Shown piece after piece: positions 53,156 through 64,000 of a stretch of DNA of 64,000 nt. The translations under genes were made by a program, and so were the position numbers. The stretch's first letter is position 1. Each line of letters opens with the position of its first letter. This stretch comes from Eledone cirrhosa (taxonomy: Eukaryota), in contig OZ024741.1 in NCBI GenBank assembly GCA_964016885.1, positions 291,028,001 to 291,092,000 on the forward strand, read 5' to 3'. Below the pieces are notes generated by a model. It worked only from the letters and a program-made list of their open reading frames with translations, searched no databases and was not told the origin of the DNA.

Positions 53156-54074
53156 AAAGAACCAAATATCAGATTCATATTCTCAAATGTACTATTAAAA
53201 TTAAAGAATAATGTGTTTATCAAAATAAGAATAAGATAGAGACTTAAACTTTATCTAGAATTGATGTTATTATCACATGAACATTATATAGCGCAGTACA
53301 AATAAACACTCGTAACTATTCCAGCTACTGAGTGATATATTTTGGATTTGAAAGTAATATAATTATTTAAGTTAGCTCCTATTTAGTGTCACGAGCACGC
53401 AAGTAACATAAGCCATGAATACGCATCTGTAGTATTTAGTACATGCATATACATAAACACATACATACACAACAGCATGTTTACATATATACATACAGGC
53501 ATACAGTGATGATTGTCGACTGACGGTGAGTCTAACCACCATCTGTACCTCTTTCTACTTTCATTTTAAAAAGCGTTATCAGTCTGTCACACGGCCTCAT
53601 GATGACACACGGCAATTTGTCAAGAGAAAATACCCACCATCTGAGCACAGACAACACGTCAATGTACGGTGCAATCACACAGATGGGCCACCGAGGTTTA
53701 TACAGACATACAATAAATACAAAGACATAAATACAAATGTCGATTATACCATACGTCTGTTACAGAGAATACACATGTGTGCAGCAGCTGCAACAAATAT
53801 TGCCATAAAGATATCATCCGATATGGAACGATGTAGTTGCTGAAGTAACATACAACAATGTTCACAAGAAAGACGAACCTGGTGTGGTGTGTGTGCTCAT
53901 AGAGGGAGAGAGAGGGGAAGGGAGAGGGGGAGAAACCAAGATAGATATACAGCAAAAAAGAGAGAGTGACAGTGAAAGAAATATTTTGAGATGAATGGGC
54001 TCCACCACGACTAAAGGGTCATGTCACACCGGCAACCTGTTGACAGCCATAATAGATATGTATGTATGCACGTA

Positions 54075-54117
54075 CGTGTGTGTGTGTGTGTAGGTGTGTG
54101 TGTGTGTGTGTGTGTGT

Positions 54118-54181
<64 letters not shown>

Positions 54182-54315
54182 ATTGTTATTATTATGGGTT
54201 TTTTTCATCGTGCAATGGCCATACTCGACAACGAGGGGCAGCCATCATGTATGTATGTATGTATGTATGTATGTATGTATGTATGTATGTATGTATGTAT
54301 GTATGTATGTATGCA
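54075..54315. repeat. (TG)n and (GTAT)n microsatellites
   Basis: Direct reading. Confidence 0.93.
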
Positions 54316-54632
54316 TGGACGGATGTGTGTGCGTGTGCAGAAAAATGAGATTGGATGTGTATGAGTTCAAGAAGTGTTGCATACCTGGACAAAATACAGA
54401 CATTCAAATACGAATGTACTGTTAAGATTAATTGGGTGAAATAAATAGCTGTGTTGACACAATGTCTATCTGATGAGAAGGATATTGATAAAATCACTTC
54501 TGTAGCTGTTTGTATAGTTGTGTAATTTGTGTACAGATTCATGAGATAATTATGCATGCTCTCACTCTAAAGTTTTGAGTACCTTTACTTTAGTCACCCC
54601 CGATTTCACTCGGGATCTACATATGTACTTTA

Positions 54633-54641
<9 letters not shown>

Positions 54642-54728
<87 letters not shown>
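54642..54728. repeat. Long (TA)n microsatellite
   Basis: Direct reading. Confidence 0.97.
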
Positions 54729-54729
<1 letters not shown>

Positions 54730-55059
54730 CTTTTGTATTTGTATTTATGAGATTTTTTTAAAGTGTAAACGTGTGTTCAATCTGATATTCTAATAATTTG
54801 GTAGAGTCATGTTGCGAAAAAACACACACGCACCACCTGGGATCGCTTAAACTTATTATTATTCGTTAATTTTTCCGACCTTAGTTTAATAACCGAATTG
54901 TTGTTTAATCGTTTATTGTCAAAGATCTTTTGTAACATTCTGTGAACTCTTCGCTAACTACTTTTGTTACTTTGTTTCTCCTCTAATCTAACTTTCTTTT
55001 ATGAGCTGTGCACCTGGACTGCGCATGCGGTTGTGTTTCCCTCTGTGTGTGATATATAA

Positions 55060-55595
55060 CTAGACATGAGAAGTTGGTGTATGTATACAGCCGGAAGCCA
55101 CAACCCAGTTATCACAGTGGCAATATCCTGGGTGAAGCACATTCAACATGATGCTGGTTGTACCGAAAGGAAAATCAGTTACATAAAAGAAGGCATACTA
55201 TGTGGTAATCCCCTAACGTCATAATGATGCAGTTCGACGTAAGGAGCCGGATCTGGTGGGCTTGCAAAACAAGCAGCTGAATGATGGCAACGCTACGCCC
55301 CATTTCATGCAGCTGATCCAAAGCTTCTTGGCAAAGAAAGGTATTTCGCTAATTTACAAATCTCTTTACTTTCCAGACATGGCTTCTTATGTCAAGTGTG
55401 AAAGACGAGACATTTTCATGCCGACTGTGACAGCGGTGATATAATCTTTTTTTTTTTTTAGAAAAAGCATTCCAGACATGCTTCGAACAGTGGAGGGATC
55501 AAAGATACAAGGTGCTACTTCGCAGGAGATTAGCATTGAACTACAAGATATACGTAATATTTTTCCAGCCTAAGGTTGGATATTTCTCCGACAGA
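55060..55595 (+). pseudogene. Decayed mariner transposase catalytic domain plus right end
   Basis: SWC..PEATTQLSQWQYPG; YYVV..DAVRRKEPDL..LNDGNATPH (cf. LHHDNAPAH); FLAKKGI..LYFPDMAS (cf. YSPDLAP); KAFQTCFEQW..YFAGD*; TIR-like GGATATTTCTCCGACAGAACCCATGTA. Confidence 0.85.
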
Positions 55596-55625
55596 ACCCA
55601 TGTATATAAATAGTTTTTATTTCCC

Positions 55626-55628
<3 letters not shown>

Positions 55629-55691
<63 letters not shown>

Positions 55692-55750
55692 CAGAGAGAG
55701 AGAGAGTGAGTGAAGAGAGAGAGAGAGTAAAGGGAGAGATAGATAGATAG
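55629..55750. repeat. (GA)n microsatellite
   Basis: Direct reading. Confidence 0.95.
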
Positions 55751-55843
55751 CGAGAAAGAGACGAGCTGAGGAAAGAAAGCGAGTATTATATTTCTGACAG
55801 TTTTCATCACACATTCTTGTGTCAATAACACGTTCGTTGTTAA

Positions 55844-55930
<87 letters not shown>

Positions 55931-55933
<3 letters not shown>

Positions 55934-55967
55934 TGGATGAGTGATGCAGATGTACATACATACATAC

Positions 55968-56007
<40 letters not shown>

Positions 56008-56040
56008 GTATGTATGTACATCTGCATCACTCATCCAACA
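55931..56040. repeat. Inverted repeat of ~35-bp arms around a (TA)n centre
   Basis: TGTTGGATGAGTGATGCAGATGTACATAC... / ...GTATGTACATCTGCATCACTCATCCAACA. Confidence 0.92.
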
Positions 56041-56066
56041 TATATATATATATGTATATATATATG

Positions 56067-56122
<56 letters not shown>

Positions 56123-56319
56123 TATGGTGTGTGTGTGTATGTTTACATTGATGTGCACACGCGTATGTTTGTGTAAAGTAGGGAGGTGAAAGATATCTTA
56201 AATTTTATAGAAACTTTTACTGACGATGGGTTTCCTTGTTTGTTGATTGTATTTTATATCACGTCTCACATAACGAAAAATAGACAAAGTTAGATAGCGA
56301 AGGGGTGTGTCGCAGTACA

Positions 56320-56423
<104 letters not shown>

Positions 56424-56535
56424 GGTGCGACAAGGACAGATATATAGATATACAATGTGAGTGAGCCGGAGAGAGAGATAAGATGAGATGAGAATGAGAG
56501 AAAGAATGTAGCACAGACACACACTCATATGCATG

Positions 56536-56610
<75 letters not shown>

Positions 56611-56612
<2 letters not shown>

Positions 56613-56808
56613 CGAAGGAAATGTGGTAAGGAACCAGATGGACCATAACGCAACAAAGTACTCAATACTTAGGGTAGTAGAGTGGGTAATAGGAACAAGT
56701 AGGACCCCGACGGGTGAGCTCAAGCCGTTTCAGCGGCTAATTCTGGACTCAGAGTCCAGAATTAGCCGTCGAAACGGCTTGAGCTCAGCCGTCGGGGTCC
56801 TACTTGTT

Positions 56809-56813
<5 letters not shown>
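56611..56813 (-). mobile_element. (TA)n-flanked ~200-bp hairpin element, copy 2 (half-hammerhead)
   Basis: Inverted repeat 56689-56813, apex CTGGACT-CAG-AGTCCAG; GAAA at 56771, GTC at 56791-93. Confidence 0.82.
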
Positions 56814-56876
<63 letters not shown>

Positions 56877-56890
56877 GATATACATATGTG

Positions 56891-56926
<36 letters not shown>

Positions 56927-57229
56927 CAGATATACATATGTGTAACTATGTGTGTATTTATATAATATATATATATATATACACACACACGTGTGTATAC
57001 ATTCATACATACTACCACCACCAACACCATCACACCTACCACTATCATTACTACAGACAACAACAACAATACATTGATAAGACTCGATTAGTGTTAGACC
57101 TCATGTAGACCAAGCTCTCGGCGCACATGTTTCCCATTCATAGCATGAGTGGAATGTTAGGTATGGTGTGTATTATTTAGAGATAGTGAACAGTGGATAA
57201 TACTAATTCTAATAATAACAATATTAATG

Positions 57230-57645
57230 ATTTAGGCACAAGGCCAACGATTCTGATGGGAGGGGAAGTCGATTAAATTGACCCGAGTGCATTACGGGTG
57301 CTTTATTTTAACGAGCCCGTAAGGATAAAAGAGAAAACTAACTTAGGCGGCATCTGAACTCAGAAAGTAAAGCGCCAACTTAATTCAGCAAAGGCATTCC
57401 TCTGACAGTCTACCAATTCTGCTAATGCCTACACATTAATAAAGTTTGTAATTTAGAGAAAAATAACATCTATTTGTGGATAAGAAAAAAAATTTAACTT
57501 GAGTACTGTACTTGTACTTTATGTTATTGACACGGGAAGGAAGAAAAGCAAGGTTGACCTTGGGAGTTTTTCAGCTTAGGATGTAAGGATAGGATAAAAA
57601 GATGCAAAGCATTTTCTTTCGGCACAAGTCGTTTCTGCCAATAAT
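57230..57645 (-). mobile_element. Two older SINE family A-like copies
   Basis: TTTAGGCACAAGGCCA..GTCGATTAAATTGACCC..CCCGTAAGGAT; the second copy is more decayed. Confidence 0.65.
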
Positions 57646-57819
57646 AGTAATAATAATTAGAATTTTTTCAAATTCCAGCAATACCTTATTGTATTCGGGA
57701 CAGTACAAAAAAAAACAAAAACGTGATACTGGGAAGAGGTAGTTTGCCTAAATATAGAAGTAATAAAGAACGTAATAACAACAGACACTAAAATACCAAG
57801 GAACAACGTATCCCGACAC

Positions 57820-58065
57820 GAAGTGGGGCACCGTCGTTAGGGTATCGGATTCATGTTTATACTTTATATATAAAGTACCGTACTAGGTTCGATCCTTCGT
57901 CTATATCTACCACTCTTCGCTCTCTCAGTATGCCTGTGTCTAGCTTTCTCTCTGAAACTCTCTTTCTCGTGAAGAAATCGTCTATGTTCAGACCTGCAGA
58001 CGTATGGCTCCTACGGGTTTTAAATGTCTAATACGCGCCTTGTGACAGGACCTCGAGACTATGAA
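57820..58065 (+). mobile_element. SINE with a different tRNA-like head and a family C-like tail
   Basis: GGCACCGTCGTTAGG / GGTTCGATCC boxes; tail GAAGAAAT..TATGTTCAGACCTGCAGA..GGCTCC..GGGTTTTAAATG. Confidence 0.5.
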
Positions 58066-58833
58066 CATTTCTATCACACCTAGGACGAAATACAAGCACT
58101 TGCAGGGGTTGATTTAAATCGAGGAAAATGGGGACTTCAGCAATAACAAAACAATAACTAGAAATAACAAAAACGATACAAAGCAACAATGTACAAAGGG
58201 ATTCCCCAATATGTAAACAAGCCCGTAGCTTATATTCTTATGATAATATAGATTACTTTAACTGTCCGTTGATGTGACGATTGGGTGGGATGGATGAGGT
58301 GGGGGTGTTATAGAAACAAATTACAAATCAATTTATAGTTATAATTGAATATTTAACACCAGGTTTGACCACAGCCGTAATAAGGCCAGCCACCCACACA
58401 CAGAAACATACGCATATATATACAAAGTTATACATTTGAGGAGAAAATAGACGAAATATATTTTTTCTCAAACGTCCCGACTGCAGTTTTACTGATATTG
58501 ATTTGCTGCTGTAATACAACAGAATGCCTCAGGGCTGTGAGGCTACCGGTTTCTCAAGTGAAAATATTACTTAAAGTGACCGTTACAAGGAAAAAATTCT
58601 CGTTATGGGAATTTGTCACACGGAATAGCAGTCAAAGAAGAGGGATAACGGCTGAACGTTTGGCGAGTAACATATTTTCTAGAAAAAGCAACTATCACCC
58701 GCCTATTTTACTCGACCATAAGGGAGTAATAAGACACACATACAGATACATAAAGTGCGCTCAATGATTGAATCGTATATGTAAGGAGAAAGCAGACAAA
58801 ATACAATCTATTTTTTTTTCTCTCCAATGTTCC

Positions 58834-58870
<37 letters not shown>

Positions 58871-59378
58871 CGCATACATACATACATACAAACTAATCTC
58901 AGTAGAAAGAGAAAGAAGGCCACCAGTTGATGTACCACCGACTGTGGAATGTAACCAAGAATGCGACCGCTTGACAAGTCTATAGGTGCCTCGTGGCTTA
59001 TCTTACGCATAGGTCTGACCTAGGAGGTAGAGAGTAAATTGACGCATAATCCGTGTGATATGGTGCAATCAGATGTATCGAATGAAGGGCAAGGTCACCC
59101 TCCTCCCACCTTAAAAATATTTTTGCAGGTGCCCACAATATCTGCACATCGCTACTGATCCAACAAATGCGGGTTATTTCAAGACCCCCACGAAACAGGT
59201 GTTAGTAACAACAGATGTACTATCTGACATTCACCTAGACTAGCATATGTATGTATATACAAATGTGTGTGAGAGAAGAGAGAGAGAGTACATAAATATA
59301 TTTTATCTCAATCTACTGAATCAGTTATATATTATAAAGATTATAAAAGTTACCAGTTCACGTTTTAGAACAATGATG

Positions 59379-59432
<54 letters not shown>

Positions 59433-60282
59433 CTGGAATATATACTGCATTTGTGAATGATGCATATTTCTTCTATTTCCTTGATCTTTCTATTCCAAAG
59501 AAAGTCGCTCAAGGAAACCTCCCACTTCGCTTCACATACACCGTAAATTTGCCAATATATAATCTATTGTCTGACATAAGCAACTAATGAACATCATCCA
59601 TGATAAAGAAGTCTAACTCTAGGTTATGGAATGTTGGTTTTGGTTGCATAAGCTGCTATATGGTCCGGCTATACGACAGTTTCTTTACTTGTCGACAGGT
59701 CGTCGCAGTTTCTATTTTCACAAAATTGCCGGTCGACGTTTTATGCGCTTCGTCTCAAGCCGCGATGTATTTGTTGTAGAATGAAAACGCAAAAACTAAG
59801 TCGAAAATTGAAGTGTAAGTGTCTAAAAATAAATGTTTATAATAAGATTATTTCGGTTAATTATATTCATATTTAAATAAAATATTTGCTTTTAATATAT
59901 ATTTACATCTATATTATATTCATATAGTTTTTATTTCTGGGTTTTATTACTCTGTAAGTACAATATGTCTAGCTGGATTTGAACGTGAAATCTAGTTTTT
60001 GCACCAGTATACCAGTAAAGACCAACCTCTTTACTTTTAATTAAAATTCCTAGTTCAAATTCAACGTGCCCATATGTAAGACTAAGACACTCGATGAAGA
60101 TCCGTTAGCAAACTTGGCGAAAGTTGTATAGATGCAAATACTGACAATGTTTCATCTCGAAATATAAAGTTAGCAATCTTAAAACGTAAAACCTTTTTTG
60201 AAAATTAATGAAATATATCATTTAACTAAATATTGGATCAGTATTTTTTCCGGCAGAAAGTCTATAAATTAATTTTAAAATA

Positions 60283-60467
60283 TAATTGTTTCTACTTTTG
60301 GCACAAGGCCAGCAATTATCCAGTACATTACTGGTACTTTATTTTATCGACCCCATAAGGATGAAAGGCAAAGTTGACCTCGGTGGGATTTGAACTCAGA
60401 ATAGAAAGGGCCGTAACTCTATGCGTCAAAGCATGACGTCCGACCCTCTACCGATACTGCCAATCCA
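60283..60467 (-). mobile_element. SINE family A, full length, with TSD AAAATATAAT
   Basis: Consensus match. Confidence 0.92.
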
Positions 60468-61029
60468 AAAAATATAATGAAGAAAGATATAAGGGGAATA
60501 ATAACAGTCATTATTGGCCTTCCAGGAAATCTATCTAAACACAAATGTGATGTCGAAGATGACTTGGACTTCCTGGTAAAATTCTCGAGTTCGGACAGGT
60601 CAACCAGGAATTTCAAATAAAAGAATAGAAAATGATTAAACTCTGTTGGAATAAAAATCAATAAAGAGTGCTGGTGCAAATAGGTGTCATGGTAACGATC
60701 ATATCGATAAACGAATCGATACATGCCTAAAACCAGCGAAGTACGAGGTATTGACTGCTGCGAAAGTTAACCAATACTGTGAGATTCTTTTGTAGCCCAG
60801 TTTGCATACATATGGAATATAAGCACTGTCAGTAAAATCTTATCTAAACACAAAAATGTATCTGTTATACATGTTTGTGGAAATACAACTGACTGTTAGA
60901 GGGTACTTAGTTGTAAAAGAATATCTTTCTTGATAGAAGCTATGACACATAATACTACCAATATATATACCTGGGATAAATTCTCGACATGTGTGGAGAG
61001 TAGATTCAAAGTCGTGAAATCTCCAATAG

Positions 61030-61450
61030 ATAGTTGCGACCATGCGTGCATGTAAAACGTGCCGCACTCCATACAGTTACGGCTCTCTGCATTCAGAGTT
61101 CAAATCTTGCGGAGGTCAACTTTGATTACATTCTTCTAAAGAGGGATACAATTAAGTAACAGTCAAGGCATAAATTCGATTTAACCAACTAACTCTCTCC
61201 ACTCCAAATATGTGGGCTCACTATGTTCAAAATTGTTTCAAGAGCGGTGGATTGGCAGCATTGTTATTACGCCGGAAAAAAACATGACGTGTAACTTGCA
61301 TTCTGAGATCAATTCCCGTGGAAGTTAGCTTTAACTTTCATCCTTCCAGGATGGATAAAATAAAGTACCATTCAAATACTAGAGTTGATAAATTTGACCC
61401 TACTCCAAGAAAAAATATATGGTTCTGTGCCTATTTTAGCAACATTTATT
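61030..61450 (+). mobile_element. Two older SINE family A-like copies in tandem
   Basis: GAGTTCAAATCTTGCGGAGGTCAACTTTG; GCGGTGGATTGGCAG...CTTTCATCCTTCCAGGATGGATAAAATAAAGTACCA. Confidence 0.65.
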
Positions 61451-62361
61451 TATACTTCAGGGATTGAACAAAATTATCTACAAGTCAAATACTGAGATTG
61501 CTGTGCCTAAAGACATGATCTTATGTATAAGTCAGAAACAATCATTGTCATCGTTGCAATAAGTATGGCAAGGACATTATTTTGAAATATTATTTGTTTA
61601 TATATATTTTCTCTTTTATTATAACCGTGGTTCACTTATTCTTACATGTTGATATATTTGTCTCAATTTAATCAGCTATTTTCCTTTCCTTAGAATTCTG
61701 GGAACCTTGTACTTAAATTTAAAATGATATTATTGCTGTAATAGTTGTGGTTGTATGCATTTCTGTTGTTTTTTTTTTCGGGTTGGAACCGGGTGGTATA
61801 GAGTAAGAAAGATTTACATCGCAGATCTATCTGAAATGATTCTTAATTGCAGTAGAATGTAATGAACCACTGTTGGTTTTAACGATGAGTGTTCCAGTTG
61901 GGTGGCAAGAGATGCTATAAATACTGCATGACATTTATTTGTACTATCAAACGACGCCGCCAATTCGCCGCCTATGAATCAATTTTCAGTATAAATTCTA
62001 CGAGGAAATATTGTTATTTTGGTATAAGGACAGACGTCAATAACCACATTGAAGTAGATTATTATTATTAAAGTACGTTAAACAAGAACAAAAAAAATCT
62101 GATGATGCCTAAAAGTGAACTAAAACGAATGGGAACTTCAAACGAAGCGAATTCAAAGCAAACGAGGGTTTAATTAAGTAGGAAAAACTACCACAACAAA
62201 GTAAAACAATAACTACAACAAAATCATTAAGAAATAACTTAAAAGTTCAGGCAAAAGAGTTTTGCTTTCACCTCAAGCAGGATCATATGTTGCTCTACGG
62301 GTTTATAGACATATATACAACCCTTATCGAACCCTCTCAGGTCTTTGGTCTTTGTATCTAT

Positions 62362-62393
<32 letters not shown>

Positions 62394-62743
62394 AAGTGAT
62401 AAAAACATGAAGGCTCTCTGTAGATATTCATAATACATTTTAAACATAATCTACTGTGATACGTAATTCTGTGGCCTTAATAATTATGTAATGCTGCCCT
62501 CAAGCAATTATTATCGCCACAAAAACCCGTGTTACACCAGATTATGTATATAATGAATTATGAACATCTAGATCTATTCTTCCTGTTTTTATCTTGATTG
62601 TACGTAGAATCAGCCATTGACTAGTATATTGGAATTAGAAGTATACACATGGCGCTGAGTGGTTTAATTGCATCATTGTTTAGTGATTACTATTGGCGTT
62701 GCACACGCAACCCTAGTTGATCAACATCGTATACCCCCCCCCC

Positions 62744-62778
<35 letters not shown>

Positions 62779-62779
62779 A

Positions 62780-62972
62780 CACTGTAAATTGGTCGTGTAG
62801 GTGTCACGACAAAAGGCACCTAGTACTCACTGTAAATGAAGTTGGCTCTAGAAAGAGCATCCAGCTGTAGAAACCAAGCCAAAATCAGTTCTGTATGAGT
62901 AAGAGAAGGTCACCTGACCTGGCATTGCTCACAACAGGATAACTTGTCTAACCCATGCCAGCGTGGAAAAGT
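62780..62972 (+). mobile_element. 3' part of a common octopus-type SINE/retroposon, TA-flanked
   Basis: GTTGGC..TAGAAAGAGCATCCAGCTGTAGAAACCAAGCCAAA...AACCCATGCCAGCGTGGAAAA; recognised from memory. Confidence 0.55.
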
Positions 62973-63824
62973 GTATATATATATATATATATAGCTACAT
63001 ATTAAAGGCAGGGCGACAAAGTTAACGTCAATGACCCTTTTCAGGGCCTCCAACACTGGTATGTGGGGGGAATGTATTCTCAATCGTAGACATGTATCCA
63101 AAGCTTGCAACTGAATGAACTTGTTAAAGGCACCAACATCCACGAGGTGGTGCTCAGCCGGGTGATTTATTTATTTTATCACCGAAACATTGTGCGTATA
63201 TATTGATGTGCACGCTCATATGTATATGTGAGTGAGTATGTGCATGCTTATACGTATATTTATACATGTATGAATGTAAAAGGGTCGGTTGACCGAGTCG
63301 CTAGATTGTTGGATAAAATGTGTTGCGATAATGTTTTCTGGCACACTGCCCAATGCTTTTAAATGCCGCCCAAGTTTACTTTTGAATTCATTCTTTCTGG
63401 CTCCATAATACTGATACAGCTATTTCCCCCTATATATGTCACGTCCTAGATGTTCCGATAGGGGAAGGGTGGGAGGGCCAAGAGTGTGTCTGAGTTTGCT
63501 TGCAGATATATGGTTACATTATACCAAATCATACTCGATTACAAGTGATGCCCGTTAGTAGGAAACAATTATATAAGAATATTGAAAACATTAATGAAAG
63601 TGAGGAAGGGAAGGGAGTGTATGTATTATAGGGCGACAGAAAGAAAGAAAAGGAAACATAGGTAGTCTGGGTGAAGAAAAGAGGTAAATATTTCTGATTG
63701 GATAAATTTGTAAGAAACGTTTCGGATTATTTATAATCTCAGGAAGTCGTTAATCATTTTTGTTGTGTCTTTTGTAATTAATTACTGAAAAGTATTTTGT
63801 TTTTCTTCCTTCTATAATTACTTC

Positions 63825-64000
63825 TGACCACAACCACCAACACCTCCGCCATTACATTTTCCACCAGCAGCAGGAGCACAACCACCACCACCCCAAACAC
63901 TACAATCTATAACATGACCACCTCCATTATTATCACTACAACCAAATCCATCAACATAACCTCCACTAACATCAACACCGCCACAACAGCAATAACGACT
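63825..64000. repeat. Degenerate (CAC/CAA)n low-complexity tract
   Basis: Direct reading. Confidence 0.8.

Noticed and set aside
55790-55835. Minus-strand hairpin plus GAAAACTGTC next to (TA)n as a hammerhead
   Set aside because: No CUGANGA and stem III does not pair.

Overview
AT-rich, microsatellite-dense eukaryotic DNA with no recognisable intact protein-coding gene. The SINE families and simple-repeat load resemble an octopus (coleoid cephalopod) genome, intronic or intergenic; this is inferred from repeat recognition, not a database search. Almost all listed ORFs are translations of (TA)n/(TG)n/(GA)n or trinucleotide repeats. The ordinary content is over 20 tRNA-derived SINE copies, decayed mariner and hAT DNA transposons, relics of CRE-like, R4/Dong-like and L1/Tx1-like retrotransposons, and a 2.85-kb 23-bp satellite with higher-order structure. 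The main signal is a set of short non-coding inserts in (TA)n tracts carrying type I hammerhead ribozyme (HHR) motifs from at least four sequence families, of the kind known from Penelope-like elements (PLEs) and retrozymes. One is a young 467-bp ORF-less partial tandem whose first copy starts about 9 nt after the predicted self-cleavage site. Six long palindromes fold back on HHR modules (stem II, stem III or the core), which suggests that ribozyme structure determines where reverse transcription inverts. All folds were done by eye, and coordinates of decayed elements are approximate.
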